Assembly: GCA_902782895.1 (NCBI GenBank)
Contig: CACZPA010000178.1
Location: 1-43,593 of the forward strand
From: an uncultured Eubacteriales bacterium
Lineage (GTDB): Bacteria > Bacillota > Clostridia > Lachnospirales > Bianqueaceae
Direction: 5' to 3'
DNA: 43,593 nt
Under the pieces are notes generated by a model. It searched no databases. It had not been told where the DNA came from and was given only the letters and a program-made list of their open reading frames with translations. The position numbers were made by a program, and so were the translations under genes. Position 1 is the stretch's first letter, and every line of letters begins with the position of its first letter. Below, in pieces: positions 35,493 through 43,593 of this stretch.

Positions 35493-36418
35493 CAAGAGAA
35501 GAAGTGTCAACGGAACTCGGACGGATGGAGTTTACGACGGGACAGATCCTTGGGATTTCAGGAAGGATCCTTTTTGAAAACATGGGAATGTGGCTTCTGT
35601 TTTCCCTGGTCGTCTTCCTGCCGACCGGAGCGCTCTTGCAGGCGTTGTCTCTGCAGATACCGACAAAAGAACTGCTGAAGATGCTGCAGGAGGGGAATCT
35701 GGATATTCTGTCTCGTCAGGATCTCCTGAAACCGATTCTGGTAATGAATGGGGCGCAGGTACTGCTGATGTTTGTCCATGTGCTTACCAATATCGCGGCC
35801 TGTCTGTTTACGGACAAATGGCTGCAGAAATCAGCCGCGCTGCCAACCATCGGCATATTGGCGGAAGATACGCTGAAAAAGTGGCCAAGAGCTTTGCTGA
35901 TCACGCTGATCTATATCCTGGGAGTGGCCGGTTATCTTCTTTTCACCGTTCTGACAGCGTCCTTCGGACTGGTCTTTCTGCTGTTATTCGCACTGATCCT
36001 TCTTGCCTTCTACTGGTCAGTCCTGTATTATTACTCCGTTTCGGCTACATCGATCAGACCGTATGTTGGCATGGCCGCTTTTAAATTCGCGTCCTCCATG
36101 ATCCGCAGACGGACAAGTCTTGCCATCGGCCTGATCCTGACCTGCATTCTGATCAATGCGCTGTTTTCGGCCTTATTGCAGCTGCTGACGACATCTTTTA
36201 CTGTACTGATCGTGCATCCGGTTCTGCTGTGCGTCGCGTCAGGACTTGTCAGCGTTGTCGCGAATCTGCCGAATTTCCTGATTTCGATCGCGGCGACGAT
36301 CTATCTGGTCAATCAGGAGCAGTTTTCCATGCAGATCACGGCGGGGATGAACCCTGTTCCGGAGACAGAAGACATCGACCCTTTTATCGATCCGGATGAT
36401 TTCTCAAAAAAGGCTTGA
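35489..36418 (+). CDS. Hypothetical polytopic membrane protein
   Basis: 309 aa with five to six hydrophobic helices and an acidic C-terminal tail. There is an ATGA overlap with the radical SAM gene. I recognised no family motif. Confidence 0.55.
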   Translation: MTREEVSTELGRMEFTTGQILGISGRILFENMGMWLLFSLVVFLPTGALLQALSLQIPTKELLKMLQEGNLDILSRQDLLKPILVMNGAQVLLMFVHVLTNIAACLFTDKWLQKSAALPTIGILAEDTLKKWPRALLITLIYILGVAGYLLFTVLTASFGLVFLLLFALILLAFYWSVLYYYSVSATSIRPYVGMAAFKFASSMIRRRTSLAIGLILTCILINALFSALLQLLTTSFTVLIVHPVLLCVASGLVSVVANLPNFLISIAATIYLVNQEQFSMQITAGMNPVPETEDIDPFIDPDDFSKKA

Positions 36419-36443
36419 CTTGCGGGCAATAAGCCTTTATAAT
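36415..36443 (+). promoter_or_regulatory. Consensus-like promoter of tig (TTGACT-17-TATAAT)
   Basis: TTGACT at 36415-36420 (it contains the upstream stop codon) and TATAAT at 36438-36443. The spacer is flanked by the inverted repeat AAGGCTT/AAGCCTT. Confidence 0.6.
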
Positions 36444-36508
36444 AGCATGATGGACGAGTTGTACAGACGTTAAAAGACACGTCAAGATATTTTCAGGAGG
36501 ATACGAGA

Positions 36509-37789
36509 ATGAGTCAGTTGGAAAAGCTCGAGCATAATATGGTCCGGATCACAATGGAAGTCAATCCGGAGGATTTTAATAAGGCGATCGAACGTGTATA
36601 TAACAAGCAGAAGAATCAGATCGCGATTCCCGGATTCCGTAAAGGCAAGGCTCCCCTTAAGATGGTCGAGCGTTTCTATGGTGAAGAGGTTTTCTATGAG
36701 GATGCCGTTAATGACGTCCTTCCCGATCTGTATACAAAGGCTCTCGATGAGCTTGAGGTAGACGCGGTTTCCCGTCCGAAGATCGATCTGGACGAGATCA
36801 AGAAGGGTGAGCCTGTTGTCGTTAAGGCGACGCTGGCGGTTCGCCCCGAGGTTACTCTCGGCGAGTACAAGGGACTGGTCGCGGAGAAGGAGACGATCGC
36901 GGTTACAGAGGATGACGTTATGAATCAGCTCAAGCAGGAAGCGGAGAGAAACGGACGTCTTGTTGACGTAACGGACCGCGCGGCGGCTGACGGAGATACC
37001 GTAACGATCGATTTCGACGGATATGTTGACGGAGAGGCTTTTGACGGCGGCAAATCCGAGAATTACAAGCTGGTGCTTGGCAGCCACAGCTTTGTCGATA
37101 CCTTCGAGGAGCAGATCGTCGGACACAATATCGACGACGCTTTCGATGTAAATGTAACATTCCCGGAGAACTATGCCGAGAATCTTGCAGGCAAGGCAGC
37201 GGTATTCAAGGTTGTTCTTCATAAAATCCAGGTTAAGGATCTCCCGGCTCTGGATGATGATTACGCAAAGGATTATTCCGAATTTGAGACACTGGAAGAG
37301 TACAAGGCCGACATCCAGAAGAAGCTTCTGGACAGCCGTCAGAAGGCAGCCGACGACAAGCGCGCCGGTGAGCTTCTGAAGAAGGCTGTTGAGAACGCCG
37401 TGATGGATATCCCCGAGGCTATGATTGACGAGCAGACGGACAGCATGATCCAGAATTTCGCCAACAACCTCCAGTATCAGGGCATCTCGATGGATCAGTA
37501 CCTTCAGATGACCGGTTCCAATATCGCAGCGCTCCGCGCGAATGTCCGCCCGGATGCCGAGACCGCTATCAAGAACTCACTGGTTCTGGACGCGATCGTC
37601 AAGGCTGAGAATCTGGAAGTAACGGACGATGATTTCGAGAAAGAGATCGAGCGTCTCGCGGATATGTACAAGATGGAGAAGGATAAGCTCAAGGATACCA
37701 TCTCCGACGCAGAGAAGGAGCGCATGAAGGATGAACTGAAGACCAGAAAGGCACAGGAGCTTCTGGTCGCGGAATCCAAAGAAGCATAA
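36509..37789 (+). CDS. tig: Trigger factor
   Basis: N-terminal ribosome-binding signature GFRKGKAP, a central FKBP-type PPIase region (GDTVTIDFDGYVDGEAFDGG), 426 aa, and RBS AGGAGG. Confidence 0.95.
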   Translation: MSQLEKLEHNMVRITMEVNPEDFNKAIERVYNKQKNQIAIPGFRKGKAPLKMVERFYGEEVFYEDAVNDVLPDLYTKALDELEVDAVSRPKIDLDEIKKGEPVVVKATLAVRPEVTLGEYKGLVAEKETIAVTEDDVMNQLKQEAERNGRLVDVTDRAAADGDTVTIDFDGYVDGEAFDGGKSENYKLVLGSHSFVDTFEEQIVGHNIDDAFDVNVTFPENYAENLAGKAAVFKVVLHKIQVKDLPALDDDYAKDYSEFETLEEYKADIQKKLLDSRQKAADDKRAGELLKKAVENAVMDIPEAMIDEQTDSMIQNFANNLQYQGISMDQYLQMTGSNIAALRANVRPDAETAIKNSLVLDAIVKAENLEVTDDDFEKEIERLADMYKMEKDKLKDTISDAEKERMKDELKTRKAQELLVAESKEA

Positions 37790-37817
37790 AGTAATCGTCT
37801 TGTTTGAGAACTGTCCG

Positions 37818-37841
37818 GGACTGAGCGCGTGCGCCCAGTCC
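37818..37841 (+). other. GC-rich stem-loop between tig and clpP
   Basis: GGACTG (37818-37823) pairs with CAGTCC (36-41 of the same decade block, i.e. 37836-37841). The interior is the palindrome GCGCGTGCGC. There is no T-run. Confidence 0.35.
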
Positions 37842-37868
37842 TATTGACTATTATAAGGAGGTTTCGTA

Positions 37869-38468
37869 ATGGATAATTTTAAGAATGTACTTTCCATTCC
37901 ATATGTCATCGAGCAGTCCAGCCGCGGAGAGCGCAGCTATGATATCTATTCCAGACTTCTGCAGGATCGGATCATTTTCCTCTCGGAAGAAGTCAACAGC
38001 ACAACCGCGAGCCTTGTAATCGCGCAGCTGCTGTACCTGGATTCCGTTGACAAGGACAAGGATATCGCTTTCTACATCAACAGCCCGGGAGGATCCATCA
38101 GCGATGGAATGGGCATCTATGATACGATGCAGATGGTTCACGCGGATGTGGCGACTTACTGCGTCGGCATGGCCGCGAGCATGGGCGCTTTCCTGCTGGC
38201 AGGCGGAGCGAAGGGCAAGAGATACATTCTTCCGAACGCGGAGGTCATGATTCATCAGCCGAGCGGCGGCATGCAGGGCCAGGCAACCGATATCAAGATC
38301 CAGGCAGAGCATATCGCGCGTATCAAGAAGCGCATGAATCAGCTCCTCAGCGAGAATACCGGTAAGGAGCTCTCCGTTATCGAGCAGGATACCGAGAGAG
38401 ACAACTGGATGACAGCGGAAGAGGCCGTCGCGTACGGAATCGTAGATTCCATTATCACGAAGCCCTGA
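37869..38468 (+). CDS. clpP: ATP-dependent Clp protease proteolytic subunit
   Basis: Blocks [29 protein letters not shown], catalytic Ser (GMAASMGAF), His (MIHQP) and Asp (DTERDNWM). Confidence 0.95.
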   Translation: MDNFKNVLSIPYVIEQSSRGERSYDIYSRLLQDRIIFLSEEVNSTTASLVIAQLLYLDSVDKDKDIAFYINSPGGSISDGMGIYDTMQMVHADVATYCVGMAASMGAFLLAGGAKGKRYILPNAEVMIHQPSGGMQGQATDIKIQAEHIARIKKRMNQLLSENTGKELSVIEQDTERDNWMTAEEAVAYGIVDSIITKP

Positions 38469-38508
38469 TTACAGGGACAGCCGAATCGGAAAGGAATAGC
38501 AAGAGAAT

Positions 38509-39810
38509 ATGGCGAACAAGTCAGATCCCAGGAAAAAAGTCATTTGCTCCTTCTGCGGCAGGAGTTCGGATCAGGTCAAGCGAATGGTCGCGGGCAACGG
38601 CGTATATATCTGTGATCAGTGCATCGCGCTGTGTTCCGATATCATGACCAAGGAGATGGCAGCGGAAGCGCCTGCGATGGAGCCCGGCGCCGCTCCCAAT
38701 TTCATGACGCCCAAGGAGATCAAGACATTTCTGGATGAATATGTAATCGGACAGGAGAGCGCGAAGAAGGCGCTTTCCGTAGCCGTATACAATCATTATA
38801 AGAGAGTTTTTGCCAAACGCGCCGGCATGGTCACGGATGACGTTGAGCTACAGAAGAGCAATATCATCATGCTGGGCCCGACCGGAAGCGGCAAAACCTA
38901 TCTCGCGCAGACACTTGCGAAGATCATCAATGTTCCGTTCGCGATCGCGGACGCGACTTCTCTTACGGAAGCCGGTTATGTCGGCGAGGATGTTGAGAAT
39001 ATCCTGCTGAAGCTGATCCAGGCGGCGGATTATGACATTGAGAGGGCGGAGCTTGGAATCATCTATATTGATGAGATCGATAAAATCGCGCGCAAGTCCG
39101 AGAATCCCTCTATTACCAGGGATGTCAGCGGAGAAGGCGTGCAGCAGGCTCTGCTTAAGATCCTCGAGAGCACGGTGGCGTCCGTGCCTCCGCAGGGAGG
39201 GCGCAAGCACCCGCAGCAGGAATTCATTCAGAGCGATACGACCAATATCCTTTTTATCTGCGGCGGAGCTTTTGACGGACTGGACAAGATCATTAAAGCC
39301 AGAACCAACGAGAAAACCATGGGATTCCTCGCGAAGAACGATACGATTTCAGAGGATCTGGACGTTTTAAGCCTGCTGGAGCCCAGAGATCTGCTGAAGT
39401 TCGGCCTGATTCCTGAATTTGTGGGACGTCTTCCCGTGATGGTCACGCTGCAGGATCTGAATGAAGAAGCGCTTGTACGGATTCTGACAGAGCCTCGGAA
39501 TTCACTGGTCAAGCAGTACCAGTCGCTTCTTGCCATGGACGGTGTGGAGCTTACTTTTGAGGAAGACGCGCTGACGGAGATCGCACATGAGGCTTTGCTG
39601 CGCAAGACGGGAGCACGCGGCCTCAAGGCGATCATAGAAGGCGTTATGGAAGACGTTATGTACGAGATTCCTTCCATGGACAGGGCAGAACGCTGCATTA
39701 TTACCAAGAGCGCTGTACAGAAGCAGGAAAAAGCACAGATCATCGAAGGCGTGACCGCAAAGAAGGATCGGCGCAGACTAAAACAGTCGGAAGGCGCGCA
39801 GACCGCCTGA
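38509..39810 (+). CDS. clpX: ATP-dependent Clp protease ATP-binding subunit ClpX
   Basis: N-terminal zinc-binding CSFCG...CDQC, Walker A GPTGSGKT, Walker [10 protein letters not shown], and an IGF-loop-like MGF. Confidence 0.95.
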   Translation: MANKSDPRKKVICSFCGRSSDQVKRMVAGNGVYICDQCIALCSDIMTKEMAAEAPAMEPGAAPNFMTPKEIKTFLDEYVIGQESAKKALSVAVYNHYKRVFAKRAGMVTDDVELQKSNIIMLGPTGSGKTYLAQTLAKIINVPFAIADATSLTEAGYVGEDVENILLKLIQAADYDIERAELGIIYIDEIDKIARKSENPSITRDVSGEGVQQALLKILESTVASVPPQGGRKHPQQEFIQSDTTNILFICGGAFDGLDKIIKARTNEKTMGFLAKNDTISEDLDVLSLLEPRDLLKFGLIPEFVGRLPVMVTLQDLNEEALVRILTEPRNSLVKQYQSLLAMDGVELTFEEDALTEIAHEALLRKTGARGLKAIIEGVMEDVMYEIPSMDRAERCIITKSAVQKQEKAQIIEGVTAKKDRRRLKQSEGAQTA

Positions 39811-39863
39811 CAATATCGGCCGCCTGACAAGACAGAACGTGGCTTTTTCCGGAAAGAATATAA

Positions 39864-42224
39864 ATGATGGAAGAAAACCAGAGAAAAGAGTATCATACGG
39901 CAGATTCGATCATTCTGCCGATCCTTCCGACCAGAGGATTCGTTGTATACCCTGGTCAGAATGTCAATTTTGAAGTATTCCGTCCGCAGTCTCTGCGGGC
40001 GCTTGAAAGAGCGATGTCCCTCGGGACCATGGCTTTTCTGGGGATCCAGAAGAACGAGATGACGGAGAATCCCGAGCAGGATGATCTGTGGGACATCGTT
40101 GTTTCGATGAAAATCGAAAAAGTATTTAAAGAGCAAAAGGATGTGCGCGTTCTCGGCCTGATCGGGAAGCGGTACCGTTTGCTTCGTTTTGATACCGTAA
40201 AGCCTTATTATGAGGCGGAAGCGGCACCGATCGAGGAGACCGTATATGACGCGGATACCGAGATCGCGATGTGCCGTATGCTGAAGGATGCTTTCCGCGA
40301 CTATGCGCAGAACGCGGATGTGGTTCCGCACGCGCTGTATGTCGCTTCTCATCTGAACGAGATGGGAGAGGTCGCAGATGTGATCGCGGCGAATCTGCCG
40401 GAGTCCGAGTTCAGCAGGATGGAGCTTTATCTGGAGACGGATCCGCAGAAGCGGGCAAGTAAGATTCTGGCGAGGATCGACCGGGAGAAGAAGATCTCGG
40501 AGATGCGCAGATCTCTGCAGCAGCAGGTTGGCCGCGAGATGCGCGACATTCAGAAAGAGAGCTTCCTGCGGGAAGAGCTGGAGATTATTCATCGCGAACT
40601 GGGGGATGAGCCCGGTTCCGATGACACGGATCCCAGGATTTCCGAGCTTTTGCAGAATCCGAACGTCCCCAAGGACGTTGTCGAAAAGGTCAAACTGGAG
40701 CAGAAGCGTCTGGACAATATGCAGCCGATGTCTCCGGAATACGGACTGATCGAGGATTATCTCGAGCGGGTCGCTTCGGTCCCGTGGACCGATAAAGCTG
40801 TTCAGAACGCGGATACCGTGTCTGTACGCAATGTTCTGGATGAGGCTCATTACGGGATGAAGCGCGTCAAGGACCGCGTTGTAGAGTTCGCAGCGGCGCG
40901 CAAGCTGAAAAAGGACCTTCCCTGCCCGGTGCTTTGCCTTGTAGGCCCTCCGGGAATCGGCAAGACCTCTGTTGCTTCTTCGATCGCCGAATCACTGAAC
41001 CGTCCGTTTGTCCGGGTTTCCCTGGGAGGCGTACGCGATGAGGCGGAGATCCGGGGACATCGCAGAACATATGTCGGCGCGATGCCCGGCCGTATCATCA
41101 ATGCTTTGATTCAGGCTAAAAAAGCCAATCCGGTCATGCTCCTGGACGAGATCGACAAGATGGCCTCCGATCTGAGAGGCGATCCGACCGCGGCACTGCT
41201 GGAGGTTCTGGACAATTCTCTGAATTCGGCTTTCCGCGACACTTATCTGGAGCTGCCGGTCGATCTGTCCGATGTCTTCTTTATCACGACCGCGAATACA
41301 CTCGAGGGAATCCCGCTGCCGCTGATCGACAGAATGGAGATTATCGAGATGGAGAGCTATTCCCGCGAGGAGAAGCTCGAGATCGCCGTGAAGTATCTGC
41401 TGCCGAGACAGCGTGCGGTATACGGGCTCAAAGCGACACAGCTGAGGATTACAAGACCGGTCATCAGCCGCATCATTACCGAATATACACGGGAAGCGGG
41501 CGTGCGTGAGCTGGAGCGTCTGCTCGGAGCTCTTTGCCGTAAGGCTTCTGTAGCCATCGTAGAGAAGGGCGAGACCGGGATCCGTGTTACCGAGAAGAAT
41601 CTGGCTTCCCTGATGGAAGATCCTCCGATCATTGAGGATTCCGAGAAACGTGAGCCGGAAGCAGGCGTCGTTAACGGACTGGCCTGGACAGCGCTTGGCG
41701 GCGAGGTCCTGACGATCGAGACCGCGGTCCTGACCGGAAACGGCCGTCTGGAGATGACGGGGCAGATGGGCGGCGTTATGAAAGAATCCGCGCAGATCGC
41801 GCTCAGTGTCGTACGGGGATACCCGATCGACGGCAAGGACGCAGAGTTCTATAAAGAACATGATCTGCATATTCATATTCCGGCCGGAGCAGTCCCGAAG
41901 GACGGTCCGAGCGCGGGTGTAACCATGGCAACAGCCATGTATTCCGCGCTTTCCGGACGTAAGGTCCGTTCCGACGTCGCGATGACGGGAGAGCTGAGCC
42001 TGCGAGGAAGAGTCCTGCCGATCGGCGGACTGAAGGAAAAGCTGCTGGCTGCCCGTGAGAAGGGTCTGATGGAGGTATTTGTACCAGAGCTGAACCGTGA
42101 AGACGTCGAGAAGCTGCCGGAGCATGTGACCAAGGACATGCGGATCCGATATGTGACGCATATCGATACGATCCTGGAGAACGTTGTCATAGGATTCCCC
42201 GGGCGGGAGACGGCACAGGCATGA
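39864..42224 (+). CDS. lon: Endopeptidase La (Lon protease)
   Basis: Lon N-domain (ILPILPTRGFVVYPGQ), Walker A GPPGIGKTS, and the protease Ser-Lys dyad region PKDGPSAGV ... GGLKEKLLAA. Confidence 0.95.
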   Translation: MMEENQRKEYHTADSIILPILPTRGFVVYPGQNVNFEVFRPQSLRALERAMSLGTMAFLGIQKNEMTENPEQDDLWDIVVSMKIEKVFKEQKDVRVLGLIGKRYRLLRFDTVKPYYEAEAAPIEETVYDADTEIAMCRMLKDAFRDYAQNADVVPHALYVASHLNEMGEVADVIAANLPESEFSRMELYLETDPQKRASKILARIDREKKISEMRRSLQQQVGREMRDIQKESFLREELEIIHRELGDEPGSDDTDPRISELLQNPNVPKDVVEKVKLEQKRLDNMQPMSPEYGLIEDYLERVASVPWTDKAVQNADTVSVRNVLDEAHYGMKRVKDRVVEFAAARKLKKDLPCPVLCLVGPPGIGKTSVASSIAESLNRPFVRVSLGGVRDEAEIRGHRRTYVGAMPGRIINALIQAKKANPVMLLDEIDKMASDLRGDPTAALLEVLDNSLNSAFRDTYLELPVDLSDVFFITTANTLEGIPLPLIDRMEIIEMESYSREEKLEIAVKYLLPRQRAVYGLKATQLRITRPVISRIITEYTREAGVRELERLLGALCRKASVAIVEKGETGIRVTEKNLASLMEDPPIIEDSEKREPEAGVVNGLAWTALGGEVLTIETAVLTGNGRLEMTGQMGGVMKESAQIALSVVRGYPIDGKDAEFYKEHDLHIHIPAGAVPKDGPSAGVTMATAMYSALSGRKVRSDVAMTGELSLRGRVLPIGGLKEKLLAAREKGLMEVFVPELNREDVEKLPEHVTKDMRIRYVTHIDTILENVVIGFPGRETAQA

Positions 42225-42817
42225 TGGAGATCCATAATGTGACGCTCGCTTCGGTATGCGCGGTTCCCCGCCAGATACCGGAGCAGAAGCTGCCGGAAGT
42301 GGTTTTTGCCGGCAAGTCCAATGTCGGCAAATCCTCTCTGATCAACTGTCTGCTGAACCGGAAGAAGATGGCGCGTGTCAGTTCTTCGCCGGGTAAGACC
42401 GTTACCGTGAACTTCTATTCCGTGGAGAACAAATGGATGTTTGTGGATCTGCCGGGATATGGATACGCGGCCGCGGGCAAGGCGGAACAGGAACGTTTTT
42501 CAAAAGTTACGGACCGCTATCTGAAGTCCGGACGGGAGATCCTGCGGCTTTTCCTGCTTGTGGATATCCGCAGAGAACCTTCGGACAACGACAGAATGAT
42601 GCTCGCGTTTATCCGAAGCTGCGGATACACGACGGTGGTCATCGCGACCAAGGCGGATAAGCTGAGCCGGATGCAGCAGCAAAAAAGCCTTTCCGTTATC
42701 CGGAAAGGCCTGGATCTGCAGGAGGATGAGCTCCTTGTTCCGTTTTCATCCGAGACGAAGGCGGGTCGGGATGCGGTCTGGGATCTGATCACGAATCCGA
42801 GTTCAGACCGTTCATGA
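42221..42817 (+). CDS. engB: Ribosome biogenesis GTPase YihA/EngB
   Basis: G1 motif GKSNVGKSSLIN, G3 DLPGYG and G4 TKADK. There is an ATGA overlap with the lon stop. Confidence 0.9.
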   Translation: MMEIHNVTLASVCAVPRQIPEQKLPEVVFAGKSNVGKSSLINCLLNRKKMARVSSSPGKTVTVNFYSVENKWMFVDLPGYGYAAAGKAEQERFSKVTDRYLKSGREILRLFLLVDIRREPSDNDRMMLAFIRSCGYTTVVIATKADKLSRMQQQKSLSVIRKGLDLQEDELLVPFSSETKAGRDAVWDLITNPSSDRS

Positions 42818-43316
42818 GATTACGGTAGAGGACAAGGCCGCGTTCGAGCCAGCGTCTGCGGATCTCAGCGGCTTCTTCCTGAGAACTGACGTGAAAAACC
42901 AGTTCGAAGAGGTGCGTATCGTAATCCCGGACATGGCAGGTAACGGCATAACGTCCGTCGGACTCCTGTTCAAGGGAGACGTCAAGTCCCATCGTGGAAG
43001 AGCGCTCAATCGCGTCGATCTCTGCGTATTCCAGGATCTCGCGGCGTGTGCTGTGAGGGATCCGGAGCTGGAAAAGATCCAGAGTCTCGCTGCCCTGATG
43101 GGTAATGCTGTAGCGGATCTGGCGGTCACTCTCGGAAGAGAGGATCAGCCGGGACGCTTCCAGTTCGGAGAGAAGCTGATCCATCTGAAAATAATCCATA
43201 TACTTATGATAGATCACATAATCCGACAGATCCGGACGGCTGATTTGGCCTTTCTCCCGGATCACATAGAGTAAGATCAGTTTATTTAAGGTAAAATCGT
43301 TTTGCTGAGTATCCAT
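42789..43316 (-). CDS. DUF4364-like winged-helix (PadR-like) family protein
   Basis: This is the only convincing minus-strand gene. It is 175 aa, with RBS AGGAAG upstream on the minus strand. The N-terminus LNKLILLYVIREKGQISRPDLSDYV... resembles DUF4364 proteins of Clostridia; the family call is from memory. Confidence 0.65.
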   Translation of the reverse strand: MDTQQNDFTLNKLILLYVIREKGQISRPDLSDYVIYHKYMDYFQMDQLLSELEASRLILSSESDRQIRYSITHQGSETLDLFQLRIPHSTRREILEYAEIDAIERSSTMGLDVSLEQESDGRYAVTCHVRDYDTHLFELVFHVSSQEEAAEIRRRWLERGLVLYRNLMNGLNSDS

Positions 43317-43428
43317 TTCGCTGCTTCCTGTAGGTAGAGATTTGCGAGGAAAAATCCTGTACAGATATTGTAGACGAAACGGACGGTTTTGTAAAGACAG
43401 AGGAATCAGATTTTAAGGAGGACTTCCC

Positions 43429-43593
43429 ATGATTACGCAGGCTCCCAGAGGAACAGGGGACATCTACGGCGCGCAGATGGACCGGTGGCATTATGTTGAG
43501 TCAGAGATCGCTTCTCTGATGAAAGCATGGCATTACGGAGAGATCCGTACACCGATGTTTGAGCATACAGAGCTCTTCCAGCGCGGCGTAGGC
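43429..43593 (+). CDS. hisS: Histidine--tRNA ligase, N-terminal 55 codons (3' end outside the window)
   Basis: ATG at 43429 preceded by RBS AAGGAGG. Translation MITQAPRGTGDIYGAQMDRWHYVESEIASLMKAWHYGEIRTPMFEHTELFQRGVG matches the HisRS motif-1 region (PRGT-D, EIRTP-FE-TELF-R-VG). Confidence 0.85.
   Translation, partial: MITQAPRGTGDIYGAQMDRWHYVESEIASLMKAWHYGEIRTPMFEHTELFQRGVG

Noticed and set aside
37842-37868. Possible CtsR operator or promoter (AGTCAAT on the minus strand, TTGACT on the plus strand) in front of clpP.
   Set aside because: Only one heptad resembles GGTCAAA, and the required tandem second heptad is absent. The TTGACT is too close to the start codon to act as a -35 element. clpP is more simply explained as co-transcribed with tig.
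43317-43428. Search for T-box leaders upstream of hisS and of cysS at 9809-9813.
   Set aside because: The intergenic regions (112 nt and 5 nt) are too short for a T-box. No specifier-loop/T-box consensus (AGAGA, GGUGGUACCGCG-like) is visible.

Overview
This 43.6 kb window looks like a core chromosomal segment of a Gram-positive anaerobe, probably Clostridia; that assignment is inferred from synteny and promoter/RBS style. All but one gene lie on the + strand. I see no mobile elements, CRISPR array or recognisable defence or toxin genes.

Gene content in order:
- nadE (5' partial), a surface L,D-transpeptidase, and tRNA-Val followed by a GH3 glycosidase and a YhhN lysoplasmalogenase.
- gap-pgk-tpiA, then tightly packed cysS-asd-rarA.
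- A small YloV/FakA-fragment protein, tkt, a three-gene FAD-oxidoreductase/DUF1667 module and a HAD phosphatase.
- bioY, then a structured leader in front of a Na+-pump decarboxylase beta/gamma pair.
- A five-tRNA array (Glu, Ile2-like CAT, Asp, Met, Gly).
- A GAF(fRMsr)-MurI fusion, a PHP phosphatase, and secDF-recJ-apt-(GDPD)-relA-dtd-MBL-HemZ-like-membrane protein.
- tig-clpP-clpX-lon-engB, a convergent DUF4364 gene, and the start of hisS.

Most interesting observations:
- The 5' leader at 20703-20821 carries the hallmark blocks of a yybP-ykoY (Mn2+) riboswitch and a mutually exclusive terminator. It appears to lack one helix and sits in front of an orphan OadB/OadG pair rather than a Mn2+ exporter.
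- An in-frame fusion joins a free-Met-R-sulfoxide-reductase GAF domain to glutamate racemase.
- The NadE glutaminase domain is missing its nucleophile cysteine.
- Three coding units begin directly behind intrinsic terminators.

The many long antisense ORFs in the track are treated as artefacts. All homology statements come from motif recognition by eye and need profile searches to confirm.
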